From: Octopus sinensis | Taxonomy: Eukaryota | Assembly (NCBI RefSeq): GCF_006345805.1 | Contig: NC_043025.1 | Coordinates: 1,054,001 to 1,118,000 of the forward strand | Direction: 5' to 3' | Length of the DNA: 64,000 nt | In this document: in pieces, positions 26,826-38,100 of the stretch | Position numbering within the stretch: position 1 is the first letter of the stretch | Layout of the letters: each line of letters begins with the position of its first letter | Notes under the pieces: model-generated | What the model saw: the letters and a program-made list of their open reading frames with translations, nothing else | Database searches by the model: none | What the model was told of the DNA's origin: nothing | Position numbers and translations under genes: made by a program

Positions 26826-27410
26826 GTTCTACGGCCGTTTCAGGGATCTTTGTGGTCCTGATATATGACAGATATCAGGGACCATTGTTGGATAACATCA
26901 CCTCTCCGGGGGAAGAAGTTTATATTAAAGGTTTTGCATTTAAAATGTTGTCATGATATTGGTTAAAGACTGATTGATTTTATAGAGGGCTATATTTAAT
27001 AGGAAGGGGAGTTAGGGATGTTTAGACAGAGAATATTTGCAGTATGGAGAAAATAGATTTCAAGATCATAAGACCACTGAGGGTATTAAATGTGAGAGTG
27101 GTAGAAAGTGGATTAGTTTATGTCCAAGTTAAATTAGTGAAAAAAGGATGGACTTAAGCGGTTCGATATCAGATAAGGGTTTGAGAGGGAGGTTATAAGT
27201 TCTATTCTAGGCTTTCCGTCCGACTCATTTGCCTCAGAAAATCCGATTTGGGTCGAGTTAGTTAATGCATTATTGACCGTATTATACACCGTGTCAGGAA
27301 TAACGTTGAGCTCCCGCTATGGAATTGCACATGAGACGTTATTTTTGGTTTCCCTCTTTCCACCATAAACACACGAATTTCCTTCAGTTTGACATGTCAA
27401 ATTATTGCAA
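26826..27410 (-). mobile_element. Penelope-like relic with degenerate hammerhead at its 3' end
   Basis: Minus 26826-26915: CCGGAGA(core-like)..long hairpin..GAAA-cggccg-UA. Minus ~27340-27400 reads C..CQTEGNSCVYGGK..TKN, resembling the PLE Cys linker. Confidence 0.45.
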
Positions 27411-27426
27411 TATTTACAATTGACAA

Positions 27427-27633
27427 GGCGCCGAGTAGGCAGAAACGTTTGCACGCAGGGCAAAATGCTTAGCGTTCTGTTTTTACGTTATGAGTTCAAA
27501 ATTCCGCCGATTTCGACTTTACCTTTCATCCTTTCGGGTTTGAAACATTAAGTACCCGTTGCATAGTGGGGTCGATCTAATCAATTGGGCCCTACCCCAA
27601 AATTTCGGGCTTTGTGACTAGAGTAGATAAGAA
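27427..27633 (+). mobile_element. Second tRNA-derived SINE family inserted with an apparent TSD
   Basis: Head ggcgccgagtaggcagaaacg, B box gagttcaaaattcc; flanked by ttacaattgac / ttacaatcgac. Confidence 0.7.
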
Positions 27634-27678
27634 TAATTACAATCGACGGACAGGTGTCCTCATCTTGTTAGTTGTTAC

Positions 27679-27720
27679 TACAACGTTTCGGCTGAGGAAT
27701 TCTCCAGCCTTCTTCAGATG
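27679..27720 (-). ncRNA. Hammerhead-like motif (CUGAAGAA variant)
   Basis: Minus: CUGAAGA-a-GGCUG gagaauuccu CAGCC-GAAA-CGUU; stem I weak. Confidence 0.5.
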
Positions 27721-27820
27721 TCCTCTCAACAATAAAGTGTAGACATCTACCCGTCCAATTCAAATATCATACATAATTCCTCAACTCTAAATTATAAAAC
27801 AGAGGCAGCTCAGATTTTCG

Positions 27821-27885
27821 TCAAAGAAAAGCGACTCAGACATATATATTCATATATATCATGATGATGATGAAGAAGAGAGAGA

Positions 27886-27917
<32 letters not shown>

Positions 27918-29134
27918 TAGATAGAGTGAGAGAGAGAGACTTATTTTATCGAACTTTCGTTAGCTTTGGCTGCCATTTCTAGCATATGGATAGCCTTCTT
28001 GACGGCCTGATCGATTTGCTCGACTAAAGGCGGTGCTCCAGCATGGCCACTGTCAAATGACTGAAACAAGTAAAATAAAATAACGGAAACTGAAAGATAT
28101 GCACCGGGAAAATACACATACGTGGACTGACCCGTAAGCTTGCGGATCGGCCCACGCTGGATAGTCACGCTCTAGGTGACCGTCGCACGCCGGTCGCCCG
28201 ATTCTCCGCCGCCACACGGTGCGTGAAATCGAAAGCACGAAACTAAGCGCGCGGTATCGTCCACGTACCGGGTAAAAACAGCGACGTGGTCCCACCCGAA
28301 AGTCGTAGGAGGTGCTCGGACCGCAAGCAAACGGATCGGCCCCGGCTGGATAGTCACGCTCTAGGTGACCGTCGCACCCCAAGGGGGCCCAGACAATATT
28401 AGGGGGTGAACAACAGGCAAAAATTAGCCAGCCGGAAGAAGAAGAGAGATAGAGATAGAGAGAGAGAGTGAGAGAGAGAGAGACTTATTTTATCGAATTT
28501 TCGTTAGTTTTGGCTGCCATTTCTAGCATGTGGATAGCCTTCTTGACTGCCTGATCGATTTGCTCGACTAAAGGCGGTGCTCTAGCATGGCCACTGTCAA
28601 ATGACTGAAACAAGTAAAATAAAATAACGGAAACTGAAAGAAGCCCGTCGTATATATGTATATATATGTGTATGTGCGTGTGTGTGTCTGTGTTTGTCCC
28701 CCTAGCATTGCTTGACAACAGATGCTGCTGTGTTTACGTCCCCGTCACTTAGCGGTTCGGCAAAAAAGAGACCGATAGAATAAGTACTGGGCTTACAAAG
28801 AATAAGTCCCGGGGTCGAGTTGCTCGATTAAAGGCGGTGCTCCAGCATGGCCGCAGTCAAAATGACTGAAACAAGTAAAAGAGAAAGAGAAAGAGAATAT
28901 ATATATACATATATGGCTGCTATTTTTAGCAAGTTAAAATTACCTGTTAAAGGGTAATATTCTATTTTGAAATATATAAACATATATATTTGTGTGTGTG
29001 TGTGGTGTGTGTGTGTGTGTTTGTCTGCGTGTATTGTCCGCATATATATATATATATATATATGGATAGATTGATAGATAGTTAGATAGATAGATACATG
29101 CATACATACACACATACATACATATATACAGACT

Positions 29135-29165
<31 letters not shown>

Positions 29166-29679
29166 CTGTGGGTGTGTGTGTGTAGCTTAGCTTTAGACGA
29201 AATACCTATTTTTTAATACCGATGAGGGGTGTGTTGTCGCCCTTCGCAGCAACTTAACTGGACAACAGGATGTTAATTGAAGCGTAAATTGGCTGTGGCT
29301 GCAAATGTAATTAAAATGTAATTAAAATACTTTACTCTTCTGCCAAAACAAGTGTATATACACGCACATACATGTATACATACATACATACATACATACA
29401 TACATGCATGCATGCATACACAGGCGTATACACAAATGTATGCATACACACACACATACATACGTATATATATATGACGATCTAATTCGTATTTTCTCAG
29501 AGGCAGCTCAGATTTTCGTCAATGAAAAGTGACTCAGACATATATATTCATATATATCATGATGATGATGATGAAGAAGAGAGAGAGAGAGAGAGAGAGA
29601 TAGAGAGGAGAGAGAGAGAGAGAGAGAGAGAGACTTATTTTATCGAACTTTCGTTAGCTTTGGCTGCCATTTCTAGCAT

Positions 29680-29712
<33 letters not shown>

Positions 29713-29870
29713 TAGAGAGAGAGAGACTTATTTTATCGAACTTTCGTTAGCTTTGGCTGCCATTTCTAGCATATGGATAGCCTTCTTGACGGCCTGATCG
29801 ATTTGCTCGACTAAAGGCGGTGCTCCACCATGGCCACTGTCAAATGACTGAAACAAGTAAAATAAAATAA
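27821..29870 (+). repeat. Three local direct copies of a composite module (27821-28095, 28480-28640, 29498-29870)
   Basis: (GA)n-gacttattttatcgaa.tttcgttag.tttggctgccatttctagcat.tggatagccttcttgac..cctgatcgatttgctcgactaaaggcggtgct is repeated. Confidence 0.85.
28097..28436. repeat. GC/CpG-rich insert with a ~190-bp-period direct repeat
   Basis: cggatcggccc..gctggatagtcacgctctaggtgaccgtcgcac at ~28143 and ~28332. Confidence 0.75.
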
Positions 29871-29880
29871 CATATATATA

Positions 29881-30282
29881 GGCACAGGAGTGGCTGTGTG
29901 GTAAGTAGCTTGCTTACCAACCACATGGTTCCTGTTTCAGTCCCACTGCGTGGCATCTCGGGCAAGTGTCTTCTGCTATAACCCCGGGCCGTCCAATGCC
30001 TTGTGAGGGGATTTGGTAGACGGAAACTGAAAGAAGCCCGTCGTATATATGTATATATATGTGTATGTGCGTGTGTGTGTCTGTGTTTGTCCCCCTAGCA
30101 TTGCTTGACAACAGATGCTGGTGTGTTTACGTCCCCGTCACTTAGCGGGTCGGCAAATGAGACCGATAGAATAAGTACTGGGCTTACGAAGTATAAGTCC
30201 CGGGGTCGAGTTGCTCGATTAAAGACGGTGCTCCAGCATGGCCGCAGTCAAATGACTGAAACAAGTAAAAGAGTAAAAGAGA
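29881..30282 (+). mobile_element. Full-length tRNA-derived SINE
   Basis: Same family as 22094-22500. Confidence 0.88.
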
Positions 30283-30389
30283 GATAGAACTAGGCCTTGG
30301 ATGGTATAAATGTAATGTAGTATGTAATAAAGGTGCAGAAGCTATGATAAGGAGGGAAATTGGGGTTCAAGTTAACTTTGTAAGATAAA

Positions 30390-30830
30390 AACCCTATTTC
30401 TGTCACTTATTACAATCTTCACTGAGAGGTGTTTGTTTCTCACAAAATATTTCCAGATACTTTTGCAATATTACAAGAAGTGGTTAAAATTATTAACGTT
30501 ATTAAAATTCTTGTTCTCAATAGTTTCCTCTTCTTTGACGAAATGGCATCCAATTTCAGCAAAGTTTTATGAAGAACAGAAGTGTGATGAATCTGAAATG
30601 GAGAAGCTTTGAAACAATTGTTAGAACTTTAAGAAAATGAAGACATAATATTCCTGCTGGGATTAAATTCAGATTTGTTCCACAATGAAGATTCGTTATA
30701 CAAATTATTCTATTTGTCAGACATTTTTGGACAACTTAATAAACGTAATATGTCTGTACAAAAGGGAAAACACTGAAATTTCTTATTCAAATAAAAGATT
30801 CAAGCTTTCATTTAAGAAAAATGAAACACA
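30390..30830 (+). pseudogene. hAT (Buster/Charlie, ZBED5-like) transposase relic
   Basis: Frameshifted ..LQEVVKIINVIK..LNS.LF.DEMAS and ..DLFHNED.L.KLFYLSDIFGQLN..NMSVQ..KIQAF, typical of the hAT catalytic region. Confidence 0.65.
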
Positions 30831-31568
30831 TGGTTGATCGTAAAGACAGATGCCACTTCCCCGCAGCTGAATTTCGTCGAGATACCTGTGCATCTGTCTC
30901 AATCTTTCACAACCGACCAGATATTTCTGCCGTCGACCTACATGCTGTTAACAATGGGAACCGGCTTCTTACACATTTTAAGCCGTTGATTCTTCAAGGG
31001 GTCGAGGCTTAGGGTACATGTCAGCTGCAGATGGACGGCTACTTTCTCTGTCATTGTCGGTCTTAGGTCAGGTGAGGAGGATTCTGATGGTTGGGTAGGG
31101 CTGCAACATAACACTCAGAGAGAAAGAAAGAAAGAATTAGAGAAAGAGAGAGAGAGAGTGAGAGAGAGAGAGAAATGTTAGTGAGGAAAAGAGACGACTC
31201 AGATGGTGCTTGGATTTCACGGTAATGTCCCACCGACACGCACAGATGCGGAAGAGGACAGCCGAGAAGTTTTCCGACTGGAACAGCGATTTCCAGCAGA
31301 AGATCCGTGTTGAGAAGGCAGGCATTCTCACAGATGTGTGCGAGGCACCGAATTTGTTTCCTCATTTGTTTCCCCGACAAACAGATATTATTTGATTAAA
31401 TTTTCTGTAAATACGCTTCAGATGGTGATCATTCTGATTATATCGGAATTTGTAGCGAAACAAATTTGTCTGTGGGCAGAAAGATGAGTTTCGTAAAATT
31501 CACACGAATTGTCTGTGTTTGCTCAGAACTTTAACAAAATGGGTTATTTTCTAACGTAATTTTCTACA

Positions 31569-31966
31569 GGCGCAAGAGTGGCTGTGTGGTAAGTAGCTTG
31601 CTTACCAACCACATGGTTCCAGGTTCAGTCCCACTGCGTGCCACCTTGGGTAAGTGTCTTCTACTAAAGCCTCGGGCTGGCCAAAGCCTTGTGAGTGGAT
31701 TTGGTAGACGGAAACTGAAAGAAACCCGTCGTATATATGTATATATATATATGCCTGTTTGTGTGTCTGTGTTTGTCCCCCTAGCATTGCTTGACAACCG
31801 ATGCTGGTGTGTTTATGTCCCCGTTACTTAGCGGTTCGGCAAAAGACACCGATAGAATAAGTACTGGGCTTACAAAAGAATAAGTCCCGGGATCGAGTTG
31901 CTCGACTAAAGGCGGTGCTCCAGCATGGCCACAGTTTAATGACTGAACCAAGTAAATGAGTAAAAG
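31569..31966 (+). mobile_element. Full-length tRNA-derived SINE
   Basis: Same family as 22094-22500. Confidence 0.88.
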
Positions 31967-32033
31967 GGAAATACGTTACAGTGTGTGTAAAATGCGATTA
32001 TATTGGAATTTAATTTGGAAAGAAAAAATAATG

Positions 32034-32068
<35 letters not shown>

Positions 32069-32186
32069 GCGCACATCATAATTTCCTTGGAAATTTCAAG
32101 TTTCCTTTTGTCGATATGTGACCTGTTGTACGATGTATCTGTAATAATCCACCAAATTAATTTTCTCTTATTCATTTCCGATATGA

Positions 32187-35100
32187 TTTTTCACGCTGAG
32201 AGTTGCTGAAGCATGGAACAAACTGCCGGCATCAGTTGTTAATTGTCTGAGCACTGCATCCTTCAAAACTTTCATGCTTTCTGAGATTCGCCAACACTAC
32301 ACCTGATTTTCTCACCTCCATACACACGCAATCATGGAACAAACTGCCGGCATCAGTTGTTAATTGTCTGAGCACTGCATCCTTCAAAACTTTCATGCTT
32401 TCCGAGATTCGCCAACACTACACCTGATTTTCTCCTCTCCATACACACGCAAGCATGGAACAAACTGCCGGCATCAGTTGTTAATTGTCTGAGCACCGCA
32501 TCCTTCAAAACTTTCATGCTTTCTGAGATTCGCCAACACTACACCTGATTTTCTCCTCTCCATACACACGCAAGCATGGAACAAACTGCCGGCATCAGTT
32601 GTTAATTGTCTGAGCACTGCATCCTTCAAAACTTTCATGCTTTCCGAGATTCGCCAACACTACACCTGATTTTCTCCTCTCCATACACACGCAAGCATGG
32701 AACAACCTGCCGGCATCAGTTGTTAATTGTCTGAGCACCGCATCCTTCAAAACTTTCATGCTTTCTGAGATTCGCCAACACTACACCAGATTTTCTCACC
32801 TCCATACACACGCAAGCATGGAACAAACTGCCGGCATCAGTTGTTAATTGTCTGAGCACTGCATCCTTCAAACCTTCATGCTTTCCGAGATTCGCCAACA
32901 CTACACCTGATTTTCTCCTCTCCATACACACGCAAGCATGGAACAAACTGCCGGCATCAGTTGTTAATTGTCTGAGCACTGCATCCTTCAAACCTTCCAG
33001 GCTTTCTGAGATTCGCCAACACTACACCTGATTTTCTCCCCTCCATACACACGCAAGCATGGAACAAACTGCCGGCATCAGTTGTTAATTGTCTGAGCAC
33101 TGCATCCTTCAAAACTTCCATGCTTTCTGAGATTCGCCAACACTACACCTGATTTCCTCCCCTCCATACACACGCAAGCATGGAACAAACTGCCGGCATC
33201 AGTTGTTAGTGGTTGCAGCACTGCATCCTTCAAAACTTCCATCCTTCCTGAGATTCACCAACACTACACCTGATTTTCTCCCCTCCATACACACGCAAGC
33301 ATGGAACAAACTGCCGGCATCAGTTGTTAATTGTCTGAGCACTGCATCCTTCAAAACTTTCATGCTTTCCGAGATTCGCCAACACTACACCTGATTTTCT
33401 CCTCTCCATACACACGCAAGCATGGAACAAACTGCCGGCATCAGTTGTTAATTGTCTGAGCACTGCATCCTTCAAACCTTCCATGCTTTCTGAGATTCGC
33501 CAACACTACACCTGATTTCCTCCCCTCCATACACACGCAGCAAACATGGAACAAACTACCGGCATCAGTTGTTAAATGTCTGAGCACTGCATCCTTCAAA
33601 ACTTTCATGCTTTCTGAGATTCGCCAACACTACACCTGATTTCTTTCCCTCCATACACACGCAGCATGGAACAAACTGCCGGCATCAGTTGTTAATTGTC
33701 TGAGCACTGCATCCTTCAAAACTTCCATGCTTTCTGAGATTCGCCAACACTACACCTGATTTCCTCCCCTCCATACACACGCAGCATGGAACAAACTGCC
33801 GGCATCAGTTGTTAAATGTCTGAGCACTGCATCCTTCAAAACTTTCATGCTTTCTGAGATTCGACAACACTACACCTGATTTTCTCCCCTCCATACACAC
33901 ACAAGCATGGAACAAACTGCCGGCATCAGTTGTTAATTGTCTGAGCACTGCATCCTTCAAAACTTTCATGCTTTCTGAGATTCGCCAACACTACACCTGA
34001 TTTTCTCCCCTCCATACACACACAAGCATGGAACAAACTGCCGGCATCAGTTGTTAGTTGTCGGAGCACTGCATCCTTCAAAACTTCCATGCTTCCTGAG
34101 ATTCGCCAACATTACACCTGATTTTCTCCCCTCCATACACACACAAGCATGGAACAAACTGCCGGCATCAGTTGTTAGTTGTCGGAGCACTGCATCCTTC
34201 AAAACTTTCATGCATTCTGAGATTCGCCAACACTACACCTGATTTTCTCCCCTCCATACACACACAAGCATGGAACAACCTGCCGGCATCAGTTGTTAAT
34301 TGTCTGAGCACTGCATCCTTCAAAACTTTCATGCTTTCTGAGATTCGCCAACACTACGCATGATTTTCTCCCCTCCATACACACACAAGCATGGAACAAC
34401 CTGCCGGCATCAGTTGTTAATTGTCTGAGCACAGCATCCTTCAAAACTTCCATGCTTTCTGAGATTCGCCAACACTACACCTGATTTTCTCCCCTCCATA
34501 CAGACACAAGCATGGAACAAACTGCCGGCATTAGTTGTTAGTTGTCGGAGCACTGCATCCTTCAAAACTTTCATGCTTTCTGAGATTCGCCAACACTACA
34601 CCTGATTTTCTCCCCTCTATACACACACAAGCATGGAACAAACTGCCGGCATCAGTTGTTAATTGTCTGAGCACTGCATCCTTCAAAACGTCCATGCTTT
34701 CTGAGATTCGCCAACACTACACCTGATTTTCTCCCCTCCATACAGACACAAGCATGGAACAAACTGCCGACATCAGTTGTTAGTTGTCGGAGCACTGCTT
34801 CCTTCAAAACCTCCATGCTTTCTGAGATTCGCCAACACTACACCTGATTTTCTCCACTCCATACACACACAAGCATGGAACAAACTGCCGGCATCAGTTG
34901 TTAATTGTCTGAGCACTGCATCCTTCAAAACTTTCATGCTTTCTGAGATTCGCCAACACTACACCTGATTTTCCCCCCTCCATACACACACAAGCATGGA
35001 ACAACCTGCCGGCATCAGTTGTTAATTGTCTGAGTACTGCATCCTTCAAAACTTTCATGCATTCTGAGATTCGCCAACACTACACCTGATTTTCTCCCTT

Positions 35101-38100
35101 CCATACACACACAAGCGTGGAACAACCTGCCGGCATCAGTTGTTAATTGTCTGAGCACCGCATCCTTCAAAACTTCCATGCTTTCTGAGATTCGCCAACA
35201 CTACACCTGATTTTCTCCCCTCCATACAGACACAAGCATGGAACAACCTGCCGGCATCAGTTGTTAATTGTCTGAGCACCGCATCCTTCAAACCTTCCAT
35301 GCTTTCTGAGATTCGCCAACACTACACCTGATTTTCTCCCCTCCATACAGACACAAGCATGGAACAAACTGCCGGCATCAGTTGTTAGTTGTCGGAGCAC
35401 TGCATCCTTCAAAACTTTCATGCTTTCTGAGATTCGCCAACACTACACCTGATTTTCTCCCCTCCATACACACACAAGCATGGAACAAACTGCCGGCATC
35501 AGTTGTTAGTTGTCGGAGCACCGCATCCTTCAAAACTTCCATGCTTTCTGAGATTCGCCAACACTACACCTGATTTTCTCCCCTCCATACACACACAAGC
35601 ATGGAACAAACTGCCGGCATCAGTTGTTAGTTGTCGGAGCACCGCATCCTTCAAAACTTCCATGCTTTCTGAGATTCGCCAACACTACACCTGATTTTCT
35701 CCCCTCCATACACACACAAGCATGGAACAAACTGCTGGCATCAGTTGTTAGTTGTCGGAGCACTGCCTCCTTCAAAACTGTCATGCTTTCTCAGATTCGC
35801 CACACTACACACCAGATTTTTCCCTTCCTCATACACACGCAAGCATGGAACAAACTGCTGGCATCAGTTGTTAGTTGTCTGAGCACTGCATCCTTCAAAA
35901 CTTTCATGCTTTCTGAGATTAGCCAACACTACACCTGATTTTCTCCCCTCCATACACACACAAGCATGGAACAAACTGCCGGCATCAGTTGTTAATTGTC
36001 TGAGCACTGCATCCTTCAAAACGTCCATGCTTTCTGAGATTCGCCAACACTACACCTGATTTTCTCCCCTCCATACAGACACAAGCATGGAACAAACTGC
36101 CGACATCAGTTGTTAGTTGTCGGAGCACTGCTTCCTTCAAAACGTCCATGCTTTCTGAGATTCGCCAACACTACACCTGATTTTCTCCCCTCCATACACA
36201 CACAAGCATGGAACAAACTGCCGGCATCAGTTGTTAATTGTCTGAGCACTGCATCCTTCAAACCTTTCATGCTTTCTGAGATTCGCCAACACTACACCTG
36301 ATTTTCCCCCCTCCATACACACACAAGCATGGAACAAACTGCCGGCATCAGTTGTTAGTTGTCGGAGCACTGCATCCTTCAAAACTTTCATGTATTCTGA
36401 GATTCGCTAACACTACACCTGATTTTCTCCCCTCCATACACACACAAGCATGGAACAACCTGCCGGCATCAGTTGTTAATTGTCTGAGCACTGCATCCTT
36501 CAAAACTTTCATGCTTTCTGAGATTCGCCAACACTACACATGATTTTCTCCCCTCCATACACACACAAGCATGGAACAACCTGCCGGCATCAGTTGTTAA
36601 TTGTCTGAGCACTGCATCCTTCAAAACTTCCATGCTTTCTGAGATTCGCCAACACTACACCTGATTTTCTCCCCTCCATACAGACACAAGCATGGAACAA
36701 ACTGCCGGCATCAGTTGTTAGTTGTCGGAGCACTGCATCCTTCAAAACTTCATGCTTTCTGAGATTCGCGCAACACTACACCTGATTTTCTCCCCTCCAT
36801 ACACACCAAGCATGGAACAAACTGCCGGCATCAGTTGTTAATTGTCTGAGCACTGCATCCTTCAAAACGTCCATGCTTTCTGAGATTCGCCAACACACTA
36901 CACCTGATTTTCTCCTCCCTCCATACCACACAAGCATGGAACAACCTGCCGGCATCAGTTGTTAATTGTCTGAGCACTGCATCCTTCAAAACTTTCATGC
37001 TTTCTGAGATTCGCCAACACTACACATGATTTTCTCCCCTCCATACACACACAAGCATGGAACAACCTGCCGGCATCAGTTGTTAATTGTCTGAGCACTG
37101 CATCCTTCAAAACTTCCATGCTTTCTGAGATTCGCCAACACTACACCTGATTTTCCCCCCTCCATACACACACAAGCATGGAACAAACTGCCGGCATCAG
37201 TTGTTAGTTGTCGGAGCACTGCATCCTTCAAAGCTTTCATGTATTCTGAGATTCGCCAACACTACACCTGATTTTCTCCCCTCCATACACACACAAGCAT
37301 GGAACAACCTGCCGGCATCAGTTGTTAATTGTCTGAGCACTGCATCCTTCAAAACTTTCATGCTTCCTTCGAGATTCGCCAACACTACAATGATTTTTTC
37401 TCCCCTCCATACACACACAAGCATGGATCAACCTGCCGGCATCAGTTGTTAGTTGTCGGAGCACTGCTTCCTTCAAAACTTCCATGCTTTCTGAGATTCG
37501 CCAACACTACACCTGATTTTCTCCCCTCCATACAGACACAAGCATGGAACAAACTGCCGGCATCAGTTGTTAGTTGTCGGAGCACTGCATCCTTCAAAAC
37601 TTTCATGCTTTCTGAGTATCGCCAACACTACACCTGATTTTCTCCCCTCCATACACACACAAGCATGGAACAAACTGCCGGCATCAGTTGTTAATTGTCT
37701 GAGCACTGCATCCTTCATAACGTCCATGCTTTCTGAGATTCGCCAACACTACACCTGATTTTTTCCCCTCCATACAGACACAAGCATGGAACAAACTGCC
37801 GACATCAGTTGTTAGTTGTCTGAGCACTGCTTCCTTCAAAACTTCCATGCTTTCTGAGATTCGCCAACACTACACCTGATTTTCTCCCCTCCATACACAC
37901 ACAAGCATGGAACAAACTGCCGGCATCAGTTGTTAATTGTCTGAGCACTGCATCCTTCAAAACTATCATGCTTTCTGAGATTCGCCAACACTACACCTGA
38001 TTTTCCCCCCTCCATACACACACAAGCATGGAACAACCTGCCGGCATCAGTTGTTAATTGTCTGAGCACCGCATCCTTCAAAACTTCCATGCTTTCTGAG

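Noticed and set aside
28218-28262. gtgc..gcac-GAAAC..GTA hammerhead half
   Set aside because: No CUGANGA box lies upstream.
29218-29260. Hammerhead-like ccgatga-ggggtg..cgccctt-cgca
   Set aside because: Both core boxes are mutated and no convincing stems I or III are present.
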